64,000 nt of DNA, taken from contig NW_002060979.1 of the NCBI RefSeq assembly GCF_000150275.1, positions 94,612 to 158,611 on the forward strand, given 5' to 3'. A program made the position numbers and the translations under genes. Positions 35,535 to 49,440 of this stretch are shown one piece after another; position 1 is the stretch's first letter; each line of letters starts with the position of its first letter. The DNA comes from Trichoplax adhaerens (lineage: Eukaryota > Animalia > Placozoa). The notes under the pieces are model-generated. The model made no database searches. It was not told where the DNA came from and was given only the letters and a program-made list of their open reading frames with translations.

Positions 35535-38333
35535 TTGCCACTAGAAAAAAAAGTTGGATAATACAAAGTGAGGAATGCACATAGCTACAAGCTTGCAGAC
35601 ATTCCTTGCATCATGACTCTTGTATTTACTACATTAACCTTCATTGCAGAACAAACTACACGCATCAATAATTTATAATTATAATCGACTGCAGTCTATT
35701 TTTATATAATAACACTTTTGGAATTCTCTCAAGATAATCGAATAGTATTATCTATGTACAGAATGGAATCGATCATCATCAAACTGTAACCTGGATTTCA
35801 GCACTTGATTTTTCCTTCTGTTGTGAAATTGAGAACAAAAACCAATTTGGACTGTAGTTGTTGACTAGAGTTATTCAATGCTATAATAGCACATAAGCGT
35901 GATAAAAAACTTTGCAAATGTTGTAAGAAGAACTAGAATTGCACGCACAACTTCAATTGAATAAGTAAAATGAGTTTGTCAAACTATGCTAACTTTCCTT
36001 CCTCTAGCGTCGCTTTTCACACAGTTTCAGTAGTGATAGAATTGGTTGACAATCGCCGATGTAGAAGGCTACAATATGGATAGTCAATATCCTCTAGAAA
36101 TACTGTATAGTAGTTACTTGATTTGCATCGTCTTACAGTGAATAGCGGACCATGAGCCATTTTCGACTTTTCTTACTATACAATCTCGACCTCCCCTAGT
36201 CATTTTAACCTTAACCTTTATTTATTTAGCTACTACGCTACAATGTAACGTGTGAAAGTAGAATGTAAACACTTGTTCACTCCCTTTTTGCTGTTTCTTT
36301 GCTTAAACAAGATACGGAGAGATTGAAAATTTTTCTTTTCCTTCTAAATTAGGTCTAGGGGCGTCCATCAACTAAAGGCATCATCAAGTTTTCTAAATGC
36401 CAAGATGGATTGGATTGACTGCCTTACATGGGCTTGAGTGAATTAAATCAAACCCTAGTTAACCTTTGGCTACAATGATTCAAGCATGGAATAGAATAGT
36501 TCATGACCTCTTAGAGATGGAATAATCTCTGGGGAGGTGAGATCACACAAAGAGAATGCAATGTCGACAAGCTATAAAATGTGAATGAAGAAAGAGCAAT
36601 CAGCAATTTCAATACGCTGCAAGTGATAATAAGTTGTGATTACCAATCTTTCTAAAAAAACAACCAAAAAATAGAAAGAAATGGATGGCAGATCGGCCAT
36701 ACTTTCTATTTAGCTTTACATAGATCGAATTTGAATTTTGGTAATGATAAATATTGTACGCATGCAACAACTATTAGTTCAAAAGCTGGGTGATTTACAA
36801 GCATCACCCTGTAAGTGATTCTTTATTTTTTCCACCATGTTTTGGCTTCCTTTAGCCGTAATGCATGGCGTCATTTGTTACCGTTTGCATCAGTCTTATC
36901 AGTGGACGGAAGACTCAATTTCACTGTAGTTTCTTATAAAAAAATGTTGTAAAATCGCCATTTTACAACATATAACGGTACACGCTTTAAATCAATTTTT
37001 CTTATGTTAGGTCCTTTATTCATATGAATTATTGCAATAGTAATATTGACTGAACCTTCATCTACCAGCACATAGAATATTAAGTCATTTTAACTGCAAT
37101 GAAGGAAGTCGATTTTTGACATCGAAATTCTAAAACGAAGTTAAACATGCTGTACGAGCTCGTACTGTATCAGGAAAAGGGTTTCCTATCTTCAGTTGTG
37201 TCACAACTGCATAACTACAATCCTTTTCTCTATTTTGCCGTGCAGTTCGCTATTGCTCAATCTAAAATTGCTATCAAATACCAAACTTTGCGTCATTAAA
37301 AGTGGTATTCCTGGCGATGATCGTTTTCTACTATAATAAGATTAGTTTCATCGATATGTTGCTGAACAAGTGCACCAGCTATCTAACGTATTTTTTTGTT
37401 ACTGAATGCGCGCGGCGTATAGATAAAGTAAAGCATTAATCATAACATGGAGACATCAAGCTTGTCTATGTTTTTCATACTCAGTACCAAAAACTTTATT
37501 TTCAAAGCTATCCTAGAGGCAACATTCCAAAAATATGATATTGTTGAACGCATATTGCATGTATCGATATAGTCAATTTATAAATTCATAAACATTATAA
37601 TCTAATATTATCAGTAGGGCTATAAATGTATTAAATTATAACTGCCAATAGATTACTTGCAGTTAAATAATGATATAGAAAATTCATCCATTTTCACGTA
37701 GTTACACAGCACTATAGAATTTCAATGATATTTACAGCTAATAAACTGTTGGTACTAAGAGCGAAAATATCGCCTATATAAGGTATTTTTCATATAACAT
37801 TTTCAATGAAATACGGACAAGTTGACAACGAGAGATTGATAAGACGCATTTAATATGCAGGCAGGATATGTAATTTTAAACACAGCTGAACCAGTTCCTT
37901 ACAGATCATGATTGATAGGCTTAGCTGAAGTAATGGGCTATTAATAACATTATAATATTCATGGGACGTAAGTAAAAGTAGTGCAATAGACGAAAGGTAT
38001 AAAAATGAAATCTTTTCACAAAGGCATAACACGCTGTGTTTCCATGCTTAGTTGTTAATGTTGGCACTGCATTGAAACAGTATAGCCGTAATACCGAAAT
38101 ATACTTATCTTAGAAATCATTACCTTACCTTATCGCAACACATTAGGGGTGTAGTACAACAGGTTATTGTATTCTTACATACATAACATAACATAGATCT
38201 ACAGCTAAATAGTTTGCATGAAAATATATCGTAATCAGGAAACAGGATTAGAATTTTAACTGAGATAGGCCAACAGTAGATAACTACCAACCATTGTGTT
38301 ATCTCCATTCGCTGCTCGTTTTCAACCAGCTAT

Positions 38334-41300
38334 TTATTGCTGGTATGACTGGTACGATGGGGGAGGATTCGGCTTTACATGATTCATCCTCATATATGAT
38401 AAAACTTGATCTGGTATCTCAGCCAATACTTCCTTAGCGAGCTGAACAGAACTCAAGGTTGTTACTGCACCATTTACTAAAAACTTTGAAAATGGTACAA
38501 ACTGCAAGCCAAAATAGATAATAACAGTTAATTCTAGTAAGTAGTATTCTTCCTCTAAGGCGCTTTCTTTCCTCCATACTTCACTGAACAGCGTGGAAAA
38601 TAACTACTAGACAAAAATCTACCTGAACTATGTCGCGGACTGCAGCTCTTCCTCTAGACAACAGCGGCTCATCATCGGCGTCTAAAACATCCATGGCTAA
38701 AACGCAAGGCAATACCAAGTTTGTTAACTGAGCCATAAGTTTAAAGGTAGTTATTTGCTCAGCTCAACGGCAACTCATTGTGCTGAAAGCTAAATTACGT
38801 CTATGCACATTTTTCACTCAATACCTGCAAAATCAGCATTTCCGATACCAACAATTATGATCGATAAGGGTAAATAGGAAGCCTAAAATGGATGAATGAA
38901 GAATAAAATTGTATATACGTGTACATGTTCTATAATATCTCTAATTTGTTATAGGTTAGCTTACATTAACGATGGCTTCTTTGGTTTGCACCATATCTGA
39001 TATGACGCCATCAGTTAGCATAAGTAGAACACAATAGCTATAATGTACGATATTAAAATAAACGAGTTACTTCTTCATCATATATTTTCTGAATTCATTT
39101 TGAAAGCTCAAAGTAACCCCCAAATTTTAGTAGTATCAACATTATCTATATGTAGATATACTGTAGAAACTCGTACTTACCTACTGCCAGGGTTTTGATG
39201 ACTAGTAGCTGCAAATCTAAAGAAGACAATCTCCCGATTACTTTGCGGAAAAACAGTTATAATAGATACTTTCAAATCTAGCCTTATCTATACATACCGA
39301 GCAACGTGATTAATTATTGGGGCAAAATTGGTAGGCCCTAATGACAATCAGAAGATCCTCTTGTAATTATTTATAGTAATCCAAAAGTTATAATGCGTTA
39401 ACAAGGTAGTTCACAAATTTTTAACGTGACTCACCATAGAGCTGAACCGAATTTATACTCATTAAGTAAGCGTTTAAAACACCATCAACGGTCGAACAAT
39501 ATGGGTTATCTGGAGTACCATTCTGTTAAGACAAATATAAAGCACGTTAATAATATTAACATGGTCTTAAATTCATAATTGTATTCAATTTTAAAATTAC
39601 CAAGTAAAATTCGTGTGATACTACTCCATTCGGTAAACGTGCTCCAAATCCAAGAGCTGGAAACATTTTGTCACTATCGATTAAATTTATCTCGTTGAGC
39701 AATAGTTACGTATTATCACTTTCAATAAAGCTCATACTAGACGCATTTTAGCATACAGTAAACTCTAAGCTCACGTGTCATATTCCTGACAAACTTCACC
39801 AACAGCTTTTAAAGCTTTCATATATAAATTTTCTTGACCAGGAACATTGTAATGAAGTGAATTTGCTCTCCTTGGCTCTCCTGAGTAATTTAACAATACA
39901 GTATTAATGATCATATTGCTGAACATGGAGGAAATTTTTACAGCTTACTAATGTTAGTGTTTACTTTATAGAATATTACAAAATCTTGTGACAAACCGTT
40001 TGAAGCCGTAAAATCGATGCCAACTGTAAAATTAACTTGCATCCTGTAAAGATTGTTGGATTGATTTTAGTAGCAACATCAAGATACAACAATCTATCTC
40101 ATCGATCGATAACGCAATACTTTTCTATTCATTATATCAAAGGGATATAATTAATTTATTGGTAATACCCACCCGCCACGAATGAAATCTAAATACGACG
40201 GCTGTTCTAAGATCTCTAACTTTGTAATTTGGATCTAGTGGGTGGTAGAGAAAGTATCACAAAGCAGAATTTAGGTTTAAACATGTGTACTCTCCTACTA
40301 GTTCTTAATTCAGCCGTGGCGTCTGGATCAATCAGTAAAAAATAATTACTTCGCCGGAATTTTTATACTTTTTCTTCTTTTCTTTCTTCTTAGGGTTGAT
40401 GCACTAAATAAAATTTTTGTTTACAGACAAATGCGTGTCAGTAGAACTATTTTCAAGTATCTGGTAAACAATGATCGGTTGGATAGTGATCATTTCTTTA
40501 ACAAGAAATTACACATACCTCGAAAGATACTGGAAAATTCTGATGCCGGTGTTCTTGCAAAACGATATAGCATATACCAATCAGATCATGGCTAACAGAA
40601 TAGTAATAAAATATGATTTTTTCGTATTATAATCGGTCAAACAGAAAATTAAAAATTTACATAGTTGTGGCTACCTGCCGTCACTATCCCAGTCGTAGCA
40701 TTCAATTTTGAGAGACCTAATATTATATAAGATCATTACAGCCAAAGTTCTGTTTAAATAATAAACTTATGAAATGTTCTAATATCGAAATTAAAATTTA
40801 ACATTGAACATCTTGGTGGTTCAAGTATAGCAAATATCTTTTTTCCGAGCCGATTTTAAATAGATGGGCATATTTATGATCGACATGAACCGTTATCAAT
40901 TTACTTTCGAGCTTTTATACTCTAGTGTGAATACAGTAAAATTTCGGTACCGATTTTAAATAGATGGGGGCATATTTACGATCGACCTGAACCGCTATCA
41001 ATTTACTTTCGAGCTTTAATACTCTAGTGTGAATACAGTAAAATTTCTTTGGACCATATTATATAAGAATGTATAACATAATTCACAATAATGAGTAATA
41101 CCTGGTATAGTCCGCATTACATAATTTCTTGGCACTGATCGTAAACTTTTTCCAGGAAGGATTTAATGTATTCTTAATTATTTCGGTTTTGTGTACAGCA
41201 ACGTAGCTAATTTCATAATTTGGTAATATTGAATGGTTTAAAACGATTGACTTTAAAGTTTACGTAAATAACCATGAAGAGTTAACATTTAAAACTTTAA

Positions 41301-44300
41301 AAGTAGTCGTTGTATTATACCTGCCATCAGCATTCATTCGATGTATTACCAAGAATGGATCTGATTTACCAAATAAATCCTTCTTGTCTAAATGCTTTCC
41401 ACGAAATTCAATCGTTACCAGATCCTACAACGTAGTCGTGGATTTATTTCACTTTAGTAACTTTAAGATATCTGCAATAGACTGATAGAGTACAACTACC
41501 GACGTCATTGGGAATTGATTTACATCACCACAGATTAACTTACATTACAAGGATTAACTTCTTCAGCCGTTACTATTAAGGTATTGATAGAATTAAGGCA
41601 AGAATAAATTTAAACAAAAAGGAATATAATCATCAATACAGCATTTGTCAATAGGAGGAGTAGGGTTGCGAACACGTCGATCATATACCTGTAATAGTAC
41701 TCTTTTTACTTTTTGGGGTGGCCCTATTGGAAGAAAGTTTGAAGGATTTAATAAATATCTTATTTAGTCTAATTGTCTTATTATCAAAGAATATTTTGGT
41801 AACTGGTTGCAAAATTGATTGCTCAATTTGTGATTTCGATCTTACTCTAAAGGTTTTTCTATCTTTCCACCATTAGTAAGAATTTCCGCAAGTGTACAGT
41901 CAAGGCGACCAAGAAAGTCCTAATGAATTCGTCAAATTGTAATAGTTGGTATTGACAAATCGGGAAAGATACGAAAGGTATTAATTATTGAGATATACGT
42001 AAGTATTGTTGACAATATGTATACTTATTTGGAATCAATTAGGATCAGCTATCAATAAAAATAGTACTAACATGTCTATCAAGTTTGGCAGAGGCGGAAT
42101 CCACGTCATAGCTAAAATTTTATTTTGGAACGCATAAAAAGAAAATTAATACCTGTGACGATAGCAGCCTCCAAGAGTACAATTTGTTGAATAATTAGTC
42201 AAGTTATAAAAGTATGTTTTGTGTATAGATATATTATAAATATGTGCTAACGATTGTAGCTGTTAAATATACAATTGCTGTGTTTATGAACACATTTTGT
42301 AGTCAATTTGCTGGATCAATGAGGGTAATGGATATTTATTTTATATTATCTCCTTGTGACACGGCCGAAGTCGCGACAATACCAGAAATTGTTGTACTTG
42401 TTTAATTCTTCAACGCTGCATATTATTGCATTGATTCATGACATCATTTGTGGATGTCTCTTAGTTGATACTTACATCTCGAAACGAAGTCTTTGGCATT
42501 CTTCAAATAGGTATGGCATTACAAAGGATTTGACGAAACTCGGGTTCAGGCTATCTTTGATACTTTCTGTCCTACCAAGCTATACGATTCAATCAATTCA
42601 AAAGAGAAATGATGCAGAAGTATTATCAGGACATTAGTCAATATCTAAAGTTCTATTGATGGAAAAGGTAGATAGTCTATTCCTACCTCTCTGTATCGTT
42701 GATTTATATCTTGCACATAGAGTACAGCCACTGTAATGAACAACAATACTCATGAGCAAAATCATTTCAACTCTCAGTATGACATGAATAATTCACGATC
42801 ATAGTTAGTGTAGCTTCAAGCTAAAGCTGGTAATAAAGTGATTGTTATTGTAACTGAGATAGTTGTATGGTCTATAGTAGCCTTCAATCTATCGTATTGC
42901 ATGAGTAGACTTGAAGAGTTAGAATGCAATTTTTTTTGCCAATTCTCGAATGATGTACTGATACATGATATCCAGCATTGCAGAGACTGTACGTTATCTC
43001 ATTACACATAAAATCACCTCCGATTATGAATAAAATTAATGATATTTCAATTCTTGGTGTTACATTTTGTGTTTCAGACTATAAGCAAGTTAGCGTTAAC
43101 AATTTAATCTGTAAAGTAACTGCAAATGTATGTGACTACATGTAATGGAATTTCAACTTTGTGAAGTACTGTACTATTAATCCAGCTCACTTCTGAGTCT
43201 ATTGTAACAAAGTAAAGATCTGGCTATCTTTGTTATCCTATATGACTTACTTGGATCGGATTTGGAAAAGACATCTTTGTCCATTAAATTTCTGATTACC
43301 GAAAGAATGAAAAAGCAATAGTTTCTCATGAATGGCTATTGGCATGACTCAGAATAAATGATGTTTAAGTTTACATGTTATCCAGCAATATTAAAGATAC
43401 CCAGTGGGTAAGATAAACTACGCATTATACTGTAAAGCTTGCATGAATGATGGAGTAACTTATTCTCTATCATAACAGTAGCTAAGCATAGAATAGACAA
43501 CAGAGATGTACCCATTATTCCACTAAGAAAGTCCTATCTAGGCATTTACTGAACATTTCGATTATATTAGCAAATTAGCATTTGCGGACTACGTCATAGA
43601 GAAATGGATATGGGTATGTTCAATGAATCCATGTTATGTACAACAGTGTATTAACAGTAAAATGACATCCGGAAAGTTGATTGAGTGAGAATGGATTAGT
43701 TTACTTTGGCTTCGACATGATCCAATGGAGGCGATCAGAGTAGAACAGTGATCAAAAGCCAATAATCCATTCCCATTCTCCTTAAGCTTATGGGAATGCT
43801 AGAGTAATAGATTCTGCTAAGTAAAGTATTGACAAAAGCAGTGAGTAAAGAAAGATCCATGTTGTTTGTTAGCACACTGGTAGATCATGCTGGTTTGGAT
43901 ATAAATGCAAATGCCAACGTTGCCCAAACTTACATCCATTTCGATACAACTGGAAACTTGAATGCAGTAGCAGTGAGATTATGACACCTACTAATTCATC
44001 CCAATACCCGGATACCTCTTCCTTCTCGAGTGAAACACTATTTTCTACTTGTTGTTGTGGATATCGTTGTAGAGTAGGTAATCCTGTACTTGACTAGCAC
44101 GACTACACTTATTTGGCTACTTGTTATTGTTTGTATTCAACAGCAATCATGATCATTCATTGTAATGGAACGTCGTTATGGGTGCAGTCTACACCGTCTT
44201 ATTTCCTACTAGCGTTATCGAGTCTTAAACACAAGATAATTCAACTTTGCTATGATTGATATTACCCATGGAATCAGCCATAACAGCTGGAAGACATAAT

Positions 44301-44483
44301 ATGATTTTTTGGATACAAGACCAAATTGAATGACTGAAGGAAAATCATTCATCATCGACATTGCAATACAGCAACAACACTAATGGTAGTCATCATTTCG
44401 TTTGATGTAACTTACCTGCACGCTACATTGATAGTCACCTCCGATGCAGGCACTGCCGTTGATAACGGTATACTTGCTGCCAT
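38334..44483 (-). CDS. Copine C, about 24 coding exons
   Basis: MAASIPLSTAVPASEVTINVAC (ATG 44483), NLMDKDVFSKSDP (~43250-43293), [57 protein letters not shown] and LAKEVLAEIPDQ...PPPSYQSYQQ* (stop 38334-38336). Confidence 0.92.
40850..41047. repeat. Tandem duplication of about 100 bp x2 in a copine C intron
   Basis: ccgattttaaatagatggg...ctctagtgtgaatacagtaaaatttc occurs at ~40850 and ~40951. Confidence 0.9.
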
Positions 44484-44539
44484 AATGGTTGTCCAAGGAA
44501 ATAGAAAGTAAAAAATAAATCGAAGCAGCACCAAAATGG

Positions 44540-45065
44540 TTTCTACCCGTTGGGAAAGGTAAAGCAATCTGGCGAGGAGACTTGGGCGTGACCACCTTTG
44601 TTTTGATTTCTTTTTATGAAAGGGAGAAAAATGCATGGTAACTGTATGGAAGCGATGCCTTGAGTGGGTAGTTGAGTGTCTCTACTGGCGTTGCATTGAC
44701 CAAAGTTACCTGGGACTACGGTACAGTACACTAGTACAGTACTGAGTTTACTGGGCACCGAGCTGAAGTGCGTACCATATTGCGTATTTTACATACTTTG
44801 AGGGAATGAAGGAATTACGCAGGCGCATGCCGGCAGAAGCTGAAGTGCGCATCCGCGTTCCGTTCCATTCGGTAGTTGACTCGGTACCTCTTTTTCCTAC
44901 AGTGTACAGTGCATTCTGTACTGAAGTACTGTAAAGGGTGCGTGGGACTACAGTACTCAGACTGAAAGATTTTCTCCTCGGTTTCCTGCTGTACAGTACT
45001 CTACGAGTGTACGTACTGTAGACACTACAGTATCGACTGGTAGACGCGTGCGCAAATAGCATCGT
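44540..45065. promoter_or_regulatory. GC/CpG-rich island upstream of copine C (putative promoter)
   Basis: Visibly higher GC and CpG than the flanks, located directly 5' of the copine C ATG, with an NRF1-like cgcaggcgcatgc at ~44818-44830 and dense TACWGTA motifs. Confidence 0.45.
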
Positions 45066-45130
45066 GCAATGGTATCATATCAGAATGAAAAAAATGCGTC
45101 ATATTCCATTTTGTCCATCAAACCATAGCA

Positions 45131-46190
45131 ACTATAATTCATGTAATGCATTATGGCCGTAGGATACCTCCATGGCTCCATCCAATTATAAAATGCTAAA
45201 ATCAATGCTGATGAAATTATCTTAGGCCTGCTTGGTTAACCATCCAATGTCATATTTTTCCAATGATACAAAAATTTTTCAATCTATCAACATACATGTA
45301 ATGTACACGTATCTTATAGACATGCAAATATCCGTGTCTATTTAGTTAACTATAATTCATGCTATGTATTATGGCCGTAAGATACCTCCATGGCTCCATC
45401 CAATTATAAAATGCTAAAATCAATGCTGATGAAATTATCTTAGGCCTGCTTGGTTTCCAATGTCATATTTTTCCAATGATACAAAAATTTTTCAATCTAT
45501 CAACATACATGTAATGTACACGTATCTTATAGACATGCAAATATCCGTGTCTATTTAGTTAACTATAATTCATGCAATGTATTATGGCCGTAAGATACCT
45601 CCATGGCTCCATCCAATTATAAAATGCTAAAATCAATGCTGATGAAATTATCTTAGGCCTGCTTGGTTTCCAATGTCATATTTTTCCAATGATACAAAAA
45701 TTTTTCAATCTATCAACATACATGTAATGTACACGTATCTTATAGACATGCAAATATCCGTGTCTATTTGGTTAACTATAATTCATGCAATGTATTATGG
45801 CCGTAGGATACCTCCATGGCTCCATCCAATTATAAAATGCTAAAATCAATGTTGATGAAATTATCTCAGGCCTGCTTGGTTAACCATCCAATGTCATATT
45901 TTTCCAAGGATACAAAAATTTTTCAATCTATCAACATACATGTAATGTACACGTATCTTATAGACATGCAAATATCCGTGTCTATTTAGTTAACTATAAT
46001 TCATGCAATGCATTATGGCCGTAAGATACCTCCATGGCTCCATCCAATTATAAAATACTAAAATCAATGTTGATGAAATTATCTCAGGCCTGCTGGTTTT
46101 CAATGTCATATTTTTCCAATGATGCAAAATTTTTTCAATAGATGAACATACATGTCATGTACACGTATCTTATAGACATGCAAATATCCA
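45131..46190. repeat. Tandem repeat of 213/218 bp, about 5 copies
   Basis: Unit starts (actataattcatg) at 45131, 45349, 45562, 45775 and 45993. Copies are near-identical, and the length variants differ at ggttaaccatccaatg versus ggtttccaatg. Confidence 0.97.
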
Positions 46191-46790
46191 TGCATCTACT
46201 GTATATTTAGTTATTGTTACAATTCTACATCAACCAGCTCTCAGCAAGAATCCCTTTCTCCCTTGCATCATTTTCTATCGTCTTGTTCTTTATCATAAAC
46301 TACAGTACTGTACTATGGCCGCAACAGTTCTTAACATTAAATTATGCAGACTAGAAAGAAATGCTATCTCTTCATCATGTAGTTTTTTCTGCCATAAACA
46401 TTTCCTAAATTGCTACTAACATGACGTTACATCTATCCATGAATAAAAGTACGAATAAACCAAGCTATCAGCCTGATGATCGATAGTACACGTACTTACA
46501 GCGAATAAAGTCAACGCTGTTGGTTCAATATTGTGGTTCAACATTAATACGGTGCCGTATTAATGTTGTGTCCGTACATGACTAGCCATGCTACGTAGTG
46601 ATAGTTTAGCATCTTTCTGCCTTTCAAAAAACACACAATGAATTGAACAAGAAGGAATACCAACAGTCTAATTTTAATGGGCGTTTCCAGTACAGTTTAT
46701 CATCATCAGTTTCATTTTATTCTTGGTAACGCAATCTATTGCTCATTTAGATATCATAAGCAAGATAATAATAAGGTAGCACAGTCTAGT

Positions 46791-48608
46791 CTATTTTTTT
46801 CGAACCAAAGTTACACCATCTGCTACGGTTAACATGACAAATTCAACACGTTCATCGTCTTTGATGATACTATTTAATTGACGAACCATTGTAGTATCGG
46901 CATCGTTAATAGACTCATCGGCTACATAACCTCGCCATAGCGTGTTGTCGATAGCAATCATCCCATCTTTTCTTAATAACTGCAGTGATTTTTCGTAGTA
47001 GTCAACATAATTGGTTTTATCTGCATCGATAAATATGAAATCGAAGGTACCAGATTCATTATCGCCAAGCAATTGGTCCATGCTTTCAACAGCTGGTCCA
47101 AGTCTTATATCGATTTTACCATCAACACCAGCTTCCTTCCAAAACGGTCTGCCAATATCAACAAATTCCTTGCTGATGTCTAAGCCAATTACTTTACCAT
47201 CACTAGGCAAAGCAAGAGCCATTCCAAGTGTAGTGTATCCAGTAAACACACCTAAATTGTAAAGTAATCAAGCGAAAGCTATTATATTCACCTGAAAATA
47301 TATGCTTGCCTGTCAATAAAGCACAATATTCATTGCCTACAAAATGTGATATACTGGTATTTTTCATGCCATTGAGCAAAGCTTTGAAATCACCGTCATT
47401 ATACTAGGATATTAATAGTTATCATCAAATACTACAACATCATGATGCTGTAGAAGGAAGCTTATTGTAGTAGGAATATTTGGCAAGGGATATTAACTTG
47501 TATTAAATGGAGACTATATTATACTTAGTGTAGTCTCGATAGACTCACTACGCCAATGACATTAATCGTAAATAATGAGCATCTAATAGTCACAATTTTA
47601 GACAAGTATGTTATTTTAGGATGTTAGCAAGCAAACTTCAAGCAATTTCAAGGTATTTTTCATGCCATTGAGCAAAGCTTTGAAATCACCGTCATTATAC
47701 TAGGATATTAATAGTCATCATCAAATACTACAGCATCATGATGCTGTAGCAGGAAGCTTATTGTAGTAGGAATATCTGGCAAGGGATATTAACTTGTATT
47801 AAATGGAGACTATATTATACTTAGTGTAGTCTCGATTACACCTGTCGAATAACGTTAATCGCAAATAATGAGCATCTAATAGAGACTATATTATACTTAG
47901 TGTAGTCTCGATAGACTCACTACGCCAATGACATTAATCGCAAATAATGAGCATCTAATAGAGACTATATTATACTTACTGTAGTGTAGTCTCGATAGAC
48001 TCACTACGCCAATGACATTAATCGTAAATAATGAGCATCTAATTGTCACAATTTTAGACAAGTATGTTATTTTAGGATGTTAGCAAGCAAACTTCAAGCA
48101 ATTTCAAGCCTATCTTCACAACTAAACAATTTAACCTAAACTACAGCCATTAAGATAGTTATTGTAGCATGCGGCATTAAAGATGAAAGGATAGTAAAAT
48201 TATCCAAGGTATTTTTATTCTAATGCGTTGATAAGCAATCCCTTTGCAAAACATGTAAAATACGAGTATCCTACATAACAGCGTTATTGAACTATGCAGA
48301 TATAAGTTATTAAGCGAATATGTGCTCCAAAGTAAGTCATTGGAAACTTTACTGCTTTTAACTTGCAAAATATAATCTATGAAGTAATGCAAGTATTCTT
48401 TACCGACTTCTAAAACCTTCTTTGCATGAATCAATTGCAATAAAAACTGCATCATGGAAACTTCATCTGATGTTGCAGCCATGATTGCCTCTGGATGGCC
48501 AGCTGATTTGTCACATAAGCGTTGCAACACCGGATGCTTTCGGAAGCCATACTTCAATACATACTGATAAATTGGAGATTCAGTCGGAAAACCAATAGGC
48601 CTCCCCAT
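46791..48608 (-). CDS. Class I cation-dependent SAM O-methyltransferase (CCoAOMT/COMTD1-like), copy 2; exons 48608-48404 and 47251-46791, 221 aa
   Basis: GT-AG intron 48403-47252 sits at the same phase-1 position as in copy 1. Motifs LEV-G-VFTGY, FDFIFIDADK and IDN are present and the frame is intact. Confidence 0.92.
47357..48107. repeat. Nested duplications in the OMT copy 2 intron (about 295 bp x2, plus about 75-85 bp sub-units)
   Basis: ggtattttt..catgccattgagcaaagc occurs at ~47357 and ~47652. agactatattatact...gagcatctaat occurs at ~47511, 47807, 47883 and 47962. Confidence 0.9.
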
Positions 48609-49440
48609 TATTTTGTACTAACGGTCGTTTTAAGTCACCCTTTCCTTTCCTTGAAGTAGTCCTTGGTAGAGATGTATAATAGTTGCATTTAAATCGACAT
48701 TACATAGAATTCTTATTAATTATAATTATCAATTGTCCTACGTCGACTAGACTTGTTATCAATATATGATATTTAAAATATTTAGAACCTTTATGATACT
48801 GTGCTGTAGTATGCATTTATTATCACCCTAAGCAAAAATGGAGTCAACCAGGATTGTCGCCTTGTGATGTTACTGTAATCAATATTGCTTTCAATGGCTA
48901 GTGGCGTTGCAATATGATTTTACTCATTCACTACCTGCTGTACTACATATATATATATATACGGCTAATAGAACGATTAATCGATCTCCAAATTGGTCAA
49001 TGAGTTGACTGTTGTAAAACCTGTTCTCAATTTACAATCCATTTGTTAACATTGATGATAGTTCATTATCCTCTCTATCACACTGTCTAAACTGATACAA
49101 CGAGAATTATCATGATCCTAGTCTCGGTAGTGACAGTACTAATTTTCTACAATTTGGCCTTAATTTGCAGTCAGAATATAACGAATAATTTTACTTGATG
49201 TTACCTTTTTCTCCAACAGATGTCGGCGTGGAAAGGTTGTACAGAATGAAGCGATCTACACAGGGATCACGTTGCTATATCATGGCTACTGTACAGTATG
49301 TTATTTATTAAAATTGCACCAGACCTGGCTTAACGACATGAGGTCCAACTATCCGACTATACAAGAGAACTTGAATAATATCTCAAAAGGAAATTTCTGA
49401 TTCCAAGTTTACTCGGAAAATTTCCATCAACTCCGTAGCT

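Noticed and set aside
37148-37300. Short ORF MLYELVLYQEKG... between copines B and C
   Set aside because: About 50 aa with no recognisable motif or supporting splice structure.
44380-45062. Overlapping minus-strand ORFs (71-104 aa) as novel genes
   Set aside because: They are by-products of local GC richness. Only 44483 to ~44416 is coding (copine C exon 1).
45131-46190. CRISPR-like array
   Set aside because: The units are whole-length tandem copies with no unique spacers, the context is eukaryotic and no cas genes are present.
47011-47262. 83-aa plus-strand ORF
   Set aside because: Antisense shadow of OMT copy 2 exon 2.
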